Source: an uncultured Rhizobium sp. | GTDB taxonomy: Bacteria > Bacteroidota > Bacteroidia > NS11-12g > UBA955 | NCBI GenBank assembly: GCA_964592635.1 | Contig: CAZQFZ010000004.1 | Coordinates: 1 to 52,986, forward strand | Direction: 5' to 3' | DNA: 52,986 bases | Shown: piece by piece, positions 36,275 through 45,122 of the stretch | Layout of the letters: every line of letters begins with the position of its first letter | Position numbering within the stretch: the stretch's first letter is position 1 | Position numbers and translations under genes: made by a program | The notes under the pieces: generated by a model | The model's database searches: none | Seen by the model: only the letters and a program-made list of their open reading frames with translations | Told to the model about the DNA's origin: nothing

Positions 36275-37124
36275 TTTTTGCAATTAATCCTTGTAGAACT
36301 TTACCCGGTCCCAATTCAGTAAACTCAGTTGCTCCATCTAATCTCATTTTTTGAACTGATTGAGTCCATCTCACTGGTGCTGTAAGTTGAGCCACTAAAT
36401 TCTTTTTTATGGTTTCTGGTTCCGTTTCGGCACTTGCCGTTACATTCTGATAAATGGGGCAAATGGGTGCATTAAATTGTGTAGCCTCAATCGCCATTGC
36501 TAATTTTTCGCGTGCTGGTTCCATTAAAGGGGAGTGAAATGCCCCACCTACTGGTAAAACCAAGGCTCTTTTTGCTCCTGCTGCTTTCATTCCTTCACAT
36601 GCCAATTCTACCGCTGATACTGCACCAGAAATAACCAATTGCCCAGGACAATTGTAATTTGCCGCAACCACAATGCCGTTGGTTTGTTCACATACCATTT
36701 CTACCTTTTCATCATCTAATGCCAAGACTGCTGCCATCGTTCCTGGTTGAATTTCGCATGCTTCTTGCATCGCTAACGCTCGCTGGTGAACCAATTTCAA
36801 ACCGTCTTCAAACGATAAACTACCCGATGCTACTAAAGCACTAAATTCTCCTAAACTGTGCCCAGCAACCATATCCGGTTGAAATGCCGATCCCAATTCT
36901 TTTGCCGCAATTACACTGTGTATAAAAATGGCAGGTTGAGTTACGTCTGTGCGCTTTAAATCATCTGTTGTTCCTTCAAACATCAGATCTGTAATTCGAA
37001 ATCCCAATATCTCATTGGCTTTTTCAAATAGCTCTTTTGCGCTGTTTGACTGCTCGTACAACTCTTTTCCCATACCTACAAATTGCGATCCTTGTCCAGG
37101 AAATACATATGCGTGCTTACTCAT
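36267..37124 (-). CDS. fabD: Malonyl CoA-acyl carrier protein transacylase
   Basis: YVFPGQGSQFVGMG, active-site GHSLGEFSAL, and VGGAFHSPLM. The ATG at 37124 (MSKHAYVFPGQGSQ) is preferred over the ORF-track 37175. The 3' end overlaps the convergent gene by 8 nt. Confidence 0.95.
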   Translation of the reverse strand: MSKHAYVFPGQGSQFVGMGKELYEQSNSAKELFEKANEILGFRITDLMFEGTTDDLKRTDVTQPAIFIHSVIAAKELGSAFQPDMVAGHSLGEFSALVASGSLSFEDGLKLVHQRALAMQEACEIQPGTMAAVLALDDEKVEMVCEQTNGIVVAANYNCPGQLVISGAVSAVELACEGMKAAGAKRALVLPVGGAFHSPLMEPAREKLAMAIEATQFNAPICPIYQNVTASAETEPETIKKNLVAQLTAPVRWTQSVQKMRLDGATEFTELGPGKVLQGLIAKIN

Positions 37125-37156
37125 AACAGCAAAGTAACCAATTTTTTTACACAGAA

Positions 37157-37182
37157 TTAATATTTGTTCAAACAAATATTAA
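37157..37182. promoter_or_regulatory. Perfect 12+2+12 bp palindrome TTAATATTTGTT-CA-AACAAATATTAA; candidate operator in the fabD/yceI divergent region
   Basis: All 12 positions of each arm are complementary (checked base by base). It lies between the fabD ATG (37124, minus) and the yceI -7 box (37193). Confidence 0.5.
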
Positions 37183-37192
37183 GATTTTTGGT

Positions 37193-37200
37193 TATCTTTG
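37193..37200 (+). promoter_or_regulatory. Candidate -7 box TATCTTTG for yceI
   Basis: Exact TAnnTTTG match, 21 nt before the ATG at 37222. Confidence 0.45.
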
Positions 37201-37221
37201 TATCAAGAAAATAAAATTATT

Positions 37222-37761
37222 ATGACTACTCAAAATCAAACACAATGGAATTTGGATTCAACACATTCTGAGATCCAATTCAAAGTAAAACACTTGGTTA
37301 TTTCTACTGTAACTGGAAATTTTAACGCTTTCTCAGCTCATGTTACACAAACTTCTACAGATTGGGAAAATGCTCTTATTGAATTTTCGGCCGACATTAA
37401 CAGTATCAACACCAACAACACGGATCGTGATAATCATTTAAAATCTGCTGAGTTTTTCGACGCTGAACAATTTCCAACTTTGAATTTCAAATCCACTAGC
37501 TTCCAAGCAAAAGGCAATAACAAATTTGAACTAGTAGGTGATTTAACAATCAAAGGCACTACTAAATCTATAACATTAACAGCAGAATTAGGCGGCGAAA
37601 TGGTTGACCCTTGGGGTAATCATAAAGTGGGTTTTGAGTTAAATGGGGAAATCGTTCGTGAAGAATTTGGTTTAACCTGGAATGCAGTTACTGAAGCTGG
37701 TGGAGTAGTAGTTGGACCTGTAGTTAAATTGCACGCTAACGTACAATTTGTTAAAGGTTAA
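37222..37761 (+). CDS. yceI: YceI family (polyisoprenoid-binding, lipocalin-like) protein
   Basis: WNLDSTHSEIQFKVKHLVISTVTGNFN, TNNTDRDNHLKSAEFFD and GDLTIKGTTK are canonical YceI motifs. There is no signal peptide when the gene starts at ATG 37222. Confidence 0.9.
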   Translation: MTTQNQTQWNLDSTHSEIQFKVKHLVISTVTGNFNAFSAHVTQTSTDWENALIEFSADINSINTNNTDRDNHLKSAEFFDAEQFPTLNFKSTSFQAKGNNKFELVGDLTIKGTTKSITLTAELGGEMVDPWGNHKVGFELNGEIVREEFGLTWNAVTEAGGVVVGPVVKLHANVQFVKG

Positions 37762-37781
37762 TTCAACTCAATAACACATCT

Positions 37782-39758
37782 TTAGCATTCAGACAATTCC
37801 AACCAACGGAATTCCATTTCATCAATTTTTCGATTGAGTTGACTCAATTCTTCTGTAATTTCAAGAATTTTCTCGTAATTAGAGTCGCTATTATTCAAAC
37901 TTTCTTCCAAAGAACTTCTCCTCTCGTGAAGCTGGGGAAGTTCTTTTTCAATGGTATCCAATTCATATTTTTCCTTAAATGTTAACTTCCTTGAATTCGT
38001 AGCCATTTTAATGGCCTCACCTTTTTCCGGATCGACTTTATCATCCAATATCTGAATACTTTTTGATGTATTGGGAACCATTTTCACTTTTGAATTGTCA
38101 GAGACAACTTCAACATCCGATTTGCCCATCGACCCCTTAACTGCGTTTTGTGCCTCTATAAAGTCAACAGAATCTCTGTAATCAGAATAATTACCCGGAA
38201 AATCTCTAACTATTCCTCCTCCTTCGAAAATAAAACAATGATCCACCAGTTTATCCATGAAAAACCGGTCGTGACTCACAATTATTACACACCCTTCGTA
38301 TGTTTCTAAAAAATCCTCTAATACCGTTAACGTTTTAATATCTAAATCATTGGTTGGCTCATCCAAAATCAAAAAATTAGGTGCTTCCATTAAAATCGTT
38401 AATAAAAAAAGCCTCCTTCGCTCACCACCGCTCAATTTAGAAACAAAATCAAATTGTTTATCGTAATCAAACCCAAATTGTAAAAGCATTTGAGACGCGG
38501 TAAGCTTATTTCCATTTGCCATAGGAATCCAATCTGCAACATCTCGAACAACATCAATCACCTTTTTGCCCTCATCCACCTTGATGCCATGTTGACTGAA
38601 GTATCCTATTTTCACAGTATCCCCCAAAACCACTTTACCCGAATCCAATGGCTCACTACCCATGATTATATTCAATAGTGTGGATTTACCTACACCATTT
38701 GGCCCAATTATCCCTACCTTCTCCTTGTTTTTAAAAATATAACTAAAATCATTCAACACCTTTAAACTTCCAAATGACTTGCCTACATGGTGCAATTCCA
38801 ATATTTTAGATCCCATACGCTCCATTCGCATGGTCATCTTTACTTCCAATTGAGTTCTCTGACTGCGAATTTTTTCCTCTAAGTCATTAAAAGATTCAAC
38901 GCGACTCTTACTTTTGGTACTTCGAGCCTTAGGCATCCTTCTCACCCATTCCAACTCACGACGAAACAAATTTTTATCCTTCTCTAATTCGCTAGCAGCA
39001 TTTGCTTCTCTTTCTGCTTTGTTTTGAACGTAATATGCATAGTTCCCCTTATAATGATATACTGCAGCATTATCTATTTCAATGATGGAACTACATACAC
39101 GATCCAAAAAATAACGATCATGAGTCACCAAAAATAATGTCAAATCACGCTGCGACAAAAATCCCTCAAGCCATTCAATCATCTCTAAATCCAAATGATT
39201 CGTTGGCTCATCCATAATTAAAAAATCCGGTTGCGCTAATAATACCTTAGCTAATGCAACCCTTTTTCTCTGTCCCCCACTCAAACTCCCTGCCAACTGC
39301 TTATAATTGGAAATTTTTAACTGCGACAAAACTTGCTTCACCTTACTTTCGTAATCCCATGCATTCAGCAAATTCATTTGCTCGGTTGCAGTTTCCAAAT
39401 AACCCATAATCTCATCACTACTATCACCTGATTCAACCATCTCTAAGACATGTTCATATCTCCTTACAACACGACTGATTTCATTTTCTTCCAACAAAAT
39501 ATTATCAATTACTGAAACATCATTCAAAAGCTCGGGCTCCTGTGGCAAATAACCTATCTTAATTTCCTTTCTGATTATGGCTTTTCCCTCATTTGGACTT
39601 TCCAGACCCATAATTATCGATAAAAGTGTACTTTTACCTTGGCCATTGCCTGCCACCAACGCCACCTTCTCACCTGCTTGAATCCCAAATGATACGTTTT
39701 TCAAAACAGGCTTGTCATGCCAAACTTTTGTTAAATTTTCGATCGATAAATAATTCAT
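37782..39758 (-). CDS. ABC-F family ATPase (Uup-like, with C-terminal coiled-coil domain)
   Basis: Walker A GNGQGKST and GPNGVGKST. Signatures LSGGQRKR and LSGGERRR. Walker B LIMDEPTNHLD and LILDEPTNDLD. C-terminal coiled coil ELPQLHERRSSLEE...IDEMEFRWLEL. The ATG at 39758 (MNYLSIENLTK) is preferred. Confidence 0.9.
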   Translation of the reverse strand: MNYLSIENLTKVWHDKPVLKNVSFGIQAGEKVALVAGNGQGKSTLLSIIMGLESPNEGKAIIRKEIKIGYLPQEPELLNDVSVIDNILLEENEISRVVRRYEHVLEMVESGDSSDEIMGYLETATEQMNLLNAWDYESKVKQVLSQLKISNYKQLAGSLSGGQRKRVALAKVLLAQPDFLIMDEPTNHLDLEMIEWLEGFLSQRDLTLFLVTHDRYFLDRVCSSIIEIDNAAVYHYKGNYAYYVQNKAEREANAASELEKDKNLFRRELEWVRRMPKARSTKSKSRVESFNDLEEKIRSQRTQLEVKMTMRMERMGSKILELHHVGKSFGSLKVLNDFSYIFKNKEKVGIIGPNGVGKSTLLNIIMGSEPLDSGKVVLGDTVKIGYFSQHGIKVDEGKKVIDVVRDVADWIPMANGNKLTASQMLLQFGFDYDKQFDFVSKLSGGERRRLFLLTILMEAPNFLILDEPTNDLDIKTLTVLEDFLETYEGCVIIVSHDRFFMDKLVDHCFIFEGGGIVRDFPGNYSDYRDSVDFIEAQNAVKGSMGKSDVEVVSDNSKVKMVPNTSKSIQILDDKVDPEKGEAIKMATNSRKLTFKEKYELDTIEKELPQLHERRSSLEESLNNSDSNYEKILEITEELSQLNRKIDEMEFRWLELSEC

Positions 39759-39841
39759 GAAATACGAATAGAACATCAAAGTTACGCAGAGATATTCAAC
39801 CACTAGTCAATTACTAGAAAAAGAAAAGTAAATTTGATCCA

Positions 39842-40483
39842 ATGAAAATAGAGATTTGGTCAGACGTAATGTGTCCATTCTGTTATATGGGTAAAAAGCA
39901 ATTAGAAAAGGCGCTTAACCGTTATTCAGGCAAAGAAAATGTTGAACTTGTGTGGAAGAGCTTCGAACTCAATCCTAACATCAAGCACCAACCCAATTAC
40001 TCGTTACAACAATATCTGTCAGAAATCAAGGGAATGGACATAGAAACGGTAAAACACATGAATCAAAAACTAAAAATCCAAGGTGCAGAATTGGGAATAG
40101 AATTCAATTTCGAAAAAGCCCAAGTAAACAACTCGAGAAAAGCTCATGCATTGATTCATATTGCACAGAAACAAAATAAAGCCACTGAATTTAAAGAAAA
40201 CTTATTCTATTCATACTTTACGTTAGGCGAAAATATTGAAGACGAAGGCATTCTTATTCGACTAGCCAACGAAACTGGAATAGAACTTTCAGAATACACA
40301 AATCCATTTGAAGACCAAAAAATAATTGATGAAGTTTTATTAGACCAATATCAAGCACAACAGGTTGGCGCAAGAGGTGTCCCATTTTTTGTATTCAACG
40401 AAGCCTATTCGCTAAGCGGAGCTCATGGTGAAGAAACTATTTTAAACATCCTGGAAACTGTCAAAATTAAATCAGGTGAATAA
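39842..40483 (+). CDS. DsbA-family thiol oxidoreductase (FrnE/2-hydroxychromene-2-carboxylate isomerase-like)
   Basis: N-terminal IEIWSDVMCPFCYMGK (CPFC active site). No signal peptide. C-terminal GVPFFVF. Confidence 0.85.
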   Translation: MKIEIWSDVMCPFCYMGKKQLEKALNRYSGKENVELVWKSFELNPNIKHQPNYSLQQYLSEIKGMDIETVKHMNQKLKIQGAELGIEFNFEKAQVNNSRKAHALIHIAQKQNKATEFKENLFYSYFTLGENIEDEGILIRLANETGIELSEYTNPFEDQKIIDEVLLDQYQAQQVGARGVPFFVFNEAYSLSGAHGEETILNILETVKIKSGE

Positions 40484-40515
40484 GTAGTATTTGAATAAAA
40501 AAGTGGCGTTGACTA

Positions 40516-42150
40516 TCAAGTTTGCAAAACCCCGGGATTGTATTTCTCCACTGGAGCGTTATTTGCGGCCTCAATTCCCATCGAAATCCAAGTTCTAGTT
40601 TCTAATGGATTGATAATGGCATCCACCCATAAACGCGCAGCAGCATAATAGGGCGTTGTACCGTTATCATATTTGCCTTTGATTTTATCCAATAATTCTT
40701 TTTCCGCTTCAGGAGTTATTTGTTCCCCTTTGCCTAGCAATCTAGCTTTTTCAATTTGCAACAGCGTGTTCGCAGCTTGATCTCCTCCCATAACCGCAAT
40801 TTTTGCGGATGGCCAAGCCACGATTAAACGAGGATCATATGCTTTACCGCACATTGCATAATTTCCTGCACCGTAACTATTACCAACTACTACAGTAAAT
40901 TTGGGAACTGTGCTATTTGCCATTGCCATAACCATTTTGGCTCCATCTTTAATAATTCCTCCGTGTTCACTTCTACTACCAACCATAAATCCTGTTACGT
41001 CTTGTAAGAAAACCAAAGGAATTTTCTTCTGATTGCAATTCATTATAAAACGCGCAGCTTTGTCGGCACTATCAGAATAAATAACTCCTCCAAACTGCAT
41101 TTCACCTTTACTATTCTTCACCACTTCCCGGTTATTTGCAACGATTCCAACGGCCCAACCATTGATTCGCGCATATCCACACAAAATGGTCTTGCCGTAA
41201 TCTTCTTTGTACTGCTCAAACTCAGAATGATCCACCAATCGCTCAATTAATTCAACCGTAGGGTATGGCTTAGCACGATCATCAGGTAAAATACCAAAAA
41301 TCTCTTTCTGATCTTTTTTGGGGGATGCCGGAGTTACTCGGTCAAATCCAGCCTTTTCTTGACTGCCCAATTTGTTCATTATGTGTTTTATACGATCCAA
41401 ACAAGCTTGATCTGTCGGAAATTTATCATCAATTACACCTGAAATTTCAGTTTGTGTTACAGCACCTCCCAATGTTTCATTATCCACATTTTCACCAATC
41501 GCCGCCTTTACTAAATAACTACCTGCCAAAAAAATACTTCCATTGCCTTCTACAATCAACGCTTCATCGCTCATAATAGGTAAATATGCACCACCGGCTA
41601 CACAACTGCCCATCACAGCTGCAATTTGTGTAATACCCATAGAACTCATTTTCGCATTATTTCTGAACATTCTCCCAAAATGTTCTTTATCTGCAAATAT
41701 TTCATCCTGCATCGGTAAAAAAACTCCCGCACTATCTACCAAATAAATTATCGGTAATCGATTTTCCATGGCTATTTCTTGAGCACGCAAATTCTTTTTA
41801 CCGGTAATCGGAAACCAAGCACCTGCTTTAACTGTTGCGTCATTGGCCACAATCACACATTGTCTTCCAGCAACATACCCAATACCAGCAACTACTCCAC
41901 CTGCTGGACAACCACCGTATTCAGAATACATTTCATATCCAGCGAATTCACCTATTTCAATCCAATTTGTATTATCATCTCTCAGATATTCAATGCGTTC
42001 ACGTGCTAATAGTTTACCCTTTTCCTTTTGTTTTGCCGCGGCTTTCTCTCCTCCACCACTATGTATTTTTAACATTTTCGCTTTCGCCGCATCCCATAAT
42101 TGTTTATTAAAATCCTCGTTCTTATTGAATTGTAAGTCCTGTTTCAACAT
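40516..42150 (-). CDS. Acyl-CoA carboxylase carboxyltransferase (beta) subunit, methylcrotonoyl-/propionyl-CoA carboxylase type
   Basis: 544 aa. Duplicated crotonase-like CT domains (GGGEKAAAKQKEKGKLLARERI, VANDATVKAGAW, VDSAGVFLP, GSCVAGGAY, FLQDVTGFMVG). Confidence 0.9.
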   Translation of the reverse strand: MLKQDLQFNKNEDFNKQLWDAAKAKMLKIHSGGGEKAAAKQKEKGKLLARERIEYLRDDNTNWIEIGEFAGYEMYSEYGGCPAGGVVAGIGYVAGRQCVIVANDATVKAGAWFPITGKKNLRAQEIAMENRLPIIYLVDSAGVFLPMQDEIFADKEHFGRMFRNNAKMSSMGITQIAAVMGSCVAGGAYLPIMSDEALIVEGNGSIFLAGSYLVKAAIGENVDNETLGGAVTQTEISGVIDDKFPTDQACLDRIKHIMNKLGSQEKAGFDRVTPASPKKDQKEIFGILPDDRAKPYPTVELIERLVDHSEFEQYKEDYGKTILCGYARINGWAVGIVANNREVVKNSKGEMQFGGVIYSDSADKAARFIMNCNQKKIPLVFLQDVTGFMVGSRSEHGGIIKDGAKMVMAMANSTVPKFTVVVGNSYGAGNYAMCGKAYDPRLIVAWPSAKIAVMGGDQAANTLLQIEKARLLGKGEQITPEAEKELLDKIKGKYDNGTTPYYAAARLWVDAIINPLETRTWISMGIEAANNAPVEKYNPGVLQT

Positions 42151-42155
42151 CAGTT

Positions 42156-42163
42156 CAAATTTA
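42156..42163 (-). promoter_or_regulatory. Candidate -7 box TAAATTTG for the carboxyltransferase gene (near-leaderless)
   Basis: The plus strand reads CAAATTTA. It lies 5 nt from the ATG at 42150. Confidence 0.5.
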
Positions 42164-42400
42164 CACTAAATTTTTCGGTTTAATAGAACTACAAATCCCG
42201 TTGTTTATGCAGTACCAACTATACTCAAATATTCATAACACTATACTTCTTTAACATTTCACTTATCAAAAAAGCCTAAACTCAAAATGCATCTCAGAAT
42301 AAACCAATATCCCAACTAGAACACTTACATCCTTCATGCATACAAACACGTTAATACACAATTTTCGTAGCAATATGTGAATAACTTCAAAAATTATCTC

Positions 42401-42408
42401 TATCTTTG
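42401..42408 (+). promoter_or_regulatory. Candidate -7 box TATCTTTG for the DEAD-box helicase, predicting a leader of about 105 nt
   Basis: Exact TAnnTTTG match, 111 nt before the ATG at 42520. The leader contains two 6-bp hairpins, GAAUCU/AGAUUC and AACGCU/AGCGUU. Confidence 0.5.
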
Positions 42409-42519
42409 CAGCGCAATTGTTTACGAGTGGGAACTAAATCCAGTTCGAATCTTTCTCAAATAGATTCCAACGCTAATTTTTCTGCTTTAAAGCGTTTGCC
42501 CGTAAGAAATTATTATTAA

Positions 42520-44307
42520 ATGACATTATTTAACGAGCTGGGGCTTGCGCCTCAATTGCTGTCCGCTGTTGAAAAACAGGGCTACAGCCACCCAACTGCC
42601 ATACAAGAGGCAGCTATTCCGATTATTCTTAGAAACGCGGATCTTTTCGCTACTGCACCTACAGGTACAGGTAAAACAGCCGCATTTGCTATGCCCATTA
42701 TTCAAAAAATTATTGAAAATCCTCAAAAAGAGATTCACTCATTAATTTTAGCCCCTACACGTGAATTGGCCCATCAAATTGCCGATAATTTCACAGCTTA
42801 TGCAAGCGACACTCACTTGAAAATCACTTTAATTTACGGTGGTGTTCCTCAATTCAGACAGGTGGATAAACTAAAACGTGGCACGCACATCGTTATTGCT
42901 ACTCCTGGTCGTTTATTAGATCTGATCAACCAAGGTCACGTAAAACTTCATAAAGTCCAAACCTTTGTTCTTGATGAGTGTGATCGCATGTTAGATATGG
43001 GTTTCATTGACGATATTCGTCAAATTGGCAAATATCTTGAAAACCAAACCAAACAAACCCTTTTATTCTCTGCTACAGCTTCCCCTGAGATTCGCTTCCT
43101 AGCACAAGAATTGCTAAATGAACCAGAAAAAGTAGATATTCTTCCTACAGAAAGTCAAAAACCAAAAATTAAACAATGGCTTTTTGCAGTTGGACAAAAA
43201 AACAAAGAAGAATTATTACTTCAACTTTTGGAAGACGAGCAAATTGATTCTATGCTGGTTTTTACCAAAACTAAAATTGGAGCCGATCGTTTGGTGGAAA
43301 CACTCAGAGATAACGAACATTCAGCCGTAGCCATTCATGGAGACAAAAGTCAACGTGAAAGATCTAGAAATCTAGATATCTTCAAATCAGGTCGCGCCCG
43401 TTTATTGGTAGCTACCGACGTTGCTGCCCGCGGTGTTGATATATCTGCACTGAATTATGTAGTTAACTTTGACATGCCCGAAGATGCAGAAACCTACACA
43501 CACCGAATTGGTCGTACAGGTAGGGCAGGCACCGAAGGATTAGCAATGTCTTTCTGCAGCGCAGGTGAAAAGAAACTTCTTGATCAAGTTACTAAAGTTT
43601 TCGGAACAGAAACCCTTCTCGAAATGGAACACGATTTCAGAATCGAACTTCCAGAAGGAAGAGTTGGTGGAAAATCTCGTTCTTCCTCTCGTGGTGGTTC
43701 TCGCAACTATGATCGTCGCGATTCAAGTGATAGAAAGGACCGCTTTGGTCGTCCAGATAGAGGAAATAGAAATGACCACAAAGACCCAAGCACTCGTGTA
43801 GCTTCAGGTAATGGTCGTTCATTCGATGGAAATCGTGCGCCTTCTGAAAACAGAAGTGCTGGCAATCGCGATTCATCAAGCTATCGTGGCCAATCTAGAA
43901 ATTCTAACTCCGGTAGAAGCGAAAGAGGTTTCGGTGGATCAAGTTCTTCTAGAGGTGATCGTGGTTTTGGAGGAAACTCATCAGGTCAACGCTCAAGCGA
44001 TTCTAACCGAAGCTATTCTAGTCCTGAAGGACAAAGCCGCGGTGGACGTGGATTTGGTTCAAGTTCTGGAAGCAGCAATAGATCCGATCGCGGTTTTGGT
44101 ACATCGGGTGCTTCACGAAGTGATCGTGGTTTTAGCGGAAATTCTTCCGGACAACGTTCCAGTGATAGAGGCAGTTCTTCTGGCTTCAAACAAGGAACAG
44201 GCCGTGGAGATTCTCGCGGTAGATCCGGTAAATCTTTTGGTGGACCCAAAAGTGCTGCAGACTACGGAGATAATAAACCAAGAGAGAAAAGAGTTAGAGA
44301 CTTCTAA
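42520..44307 (+). CDS. DEAD-box ATP-dependent RNA helicase (RhlE/CsdA-like core) with a C-terminal R/G/S-rich tail of about 215 aa
   Basis: Q motif (F..LGL...L.....GY..PT.IQ), motif I APTGTGKT, motif II DECD (a DEAD variant), motif III SAT, motif VI HRIGRTGRAG. The tail starts at about residue 380. Confidence 0.95.
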   Translation: MTLFNELGLAPQLLSAVEKQGYSHPTAIQEAAIPIILRNADLFATAPTGTGKTAAFAMPIIQKIIENPQKEIHSLILAPTRELAHQIADNFTAYASDTHLKITLIYGGVPQFRQVDKLKRGTHIVIATPGRLLDLINQGHVKLHKVQTFVLDECDRMLDMGFIDDIRQIGKYLENQTKQTLLFSATASPEIRFLAQELLNEPEKVDILPTESQKPKIKQWLFAVGQKNKEELLLQLLEDEQIDSMLVFTKTKIGADRLVETLRDNEHSAVAIHGDKSQRERSRNLDIFKSGRARLLVATDVAARGVDISALNYVVNFDMPEDAETYTHRIGRTGRAGTEGLAMSFCSAGEKKLLDQVTKVFGTETLLEMEHDFRIELPEGRVGGKSRSSSRGGSRNYDRRDSSDRKDRFGRPDRGNRNDHKDPSTRVASGNGRSFDGNRAPSENRSAGNRDSSSYRGQSRNSNSGRSERGFGGSSSSRGDRGFGGNSSGQRSSDSNRSYSSPEGQSRGGRGFGSSSGSSNRSDRGFGTSGASRSDRGFSGNSSGQRSSDRGSSSGFKQGTGRGDSRGRSGKSFGGPKSAADYGDNKPREKRVRDF

Positions 44308-44352
44308 TTAAGCAATGGTTGTCAAACAAAATCACGACATCCACTAATAAAT

Positions 44353-44388
44353 AAAAATCCTCAGTTGAATCAACAGCTGAGGATTTTT
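44353..44388. terminator. Bidirectional intrinsic terminator between the convergent helicase and nth genes
   Basis: AAAAATCCTCAG (44353-44364) pairs with CTGAGGATTTTT (44377-44388). A-tract and T-tract arms allow termination in both directions. Confidence 0.7.
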
Positions 44389-44480
44389 AATTTACACTAT
44401 ATCTCAATTATTTTTAATTGGGCTTTAAAACTAACTCAAGTTGTAAATCCTGAGGGTTTCTTAAATTGGAATAAACAAAT

Positions 44481-45104
44481 CTACCGTTGAGTCACGGTTT
44501 TACAAATAATACAATTTTCTAAATTATGTCCCCTCGCAGGACAAAACTGCCGACCATAAAAAATAATTTGCAGATGAAGCTTATTCCAAATTACTTCAGG
44601 GAATAATCGTTTTAGGTCTTTTTCCGTTTGTTCAACATTCTTTCCGTTGCTCAGTTTCCAACGCTTAGCCAAACGATGTATATGCGTATCAATTGGAAAT
44701 GCTGGAACTCCATAAGCTTGACTCATGACTACACTTGCAGTTTTATGTCCAACACCTGGAAGTACTTCCAATTGTTCAAACGTCTGGGGCACATTGCCAT
44801 TATACTGTTCAACCAAAATTTTACTAAGATTCCAAATGGCTTTACTTTTAAAAGGAGACAATCCACAAGGTTTGATAATTTCTCTAATTTCCTCGATACT
44901 CAAACCGATCATATCCATTGGATTATTCGCCTTTTCAAATAAGTTCGGAGTAATCTTATTCACGCGTTCATCCGTACACTGAGCACTTAATAAAACCGCA
45001 ATTAACAAGGTGTATGGATCCGAATGATCTAATGGAATCGGAGTTTCGGGGTACAATTCCTCTAATTTCTGCATAATATACTCAACGCGTTCTTTCTTTT
45101 TCAT
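44481..45104 (-). CDS. nth: Endonuclease III family DNA glycosylase/AP lyase (HhH-GPD)
   Basis: The HhH-GPD region LPGVGHKTASVVM has the catalytic Lys, and IDTHIHRL has the catalytic Asp. The C-terminal Cys cluster is atypical (see findings). Confidence 0.9.
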   Translation of the reverse strand: MKKKERVEYIMQKLEELYPETPIPLDHSDPYTLLIAVLLSAQCTDERVNKITPNLFEKANNPMDMIGLSIEEIREIIKPCGLSPFKSKAIWNLSKILVEQYNGNVPQTFEQLEVLPGVGHKTASVVMSQAYGVPAFPIDTHIHRLAKRWKLSNGKNVEQTEKDLKRLFPEVIWNKLHLQIIFYGRQFCPARGHNLENCIICKTVTQR

Positions 45105-45122
45105 ACCAAATAAAATCTCGAC

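Noticed and set aside
41325-42169. A cluster of five plus-strand ORFs (67-108 aa) antisense to the carboxyltransferase gene.
   Set aside because: All are fully embedded in a strongly supported minus-strand CDS. Their compositions are low-complexity and unlike real proteins.
42436-42452. A T-loop-like string, CAGTTCGAATC, suggesting a tRNA.
   Set aside because: No acceptor stem, D-arm or anticodon arm can be built around it. It lies in the predicted helicase 5' UTR.
43565-44311. Long alternative-frame and antisense ORFs (for example 43811-44311 at 166 aa, 44013-44249 and 43637-43879) within the helicase 3' region.
   Set aside because: They are by-products of the GC-rich, stop-poor repetitive R/G/S-coding sequence. 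The helicase frame is continuous with a bona fide DEAD-box core.
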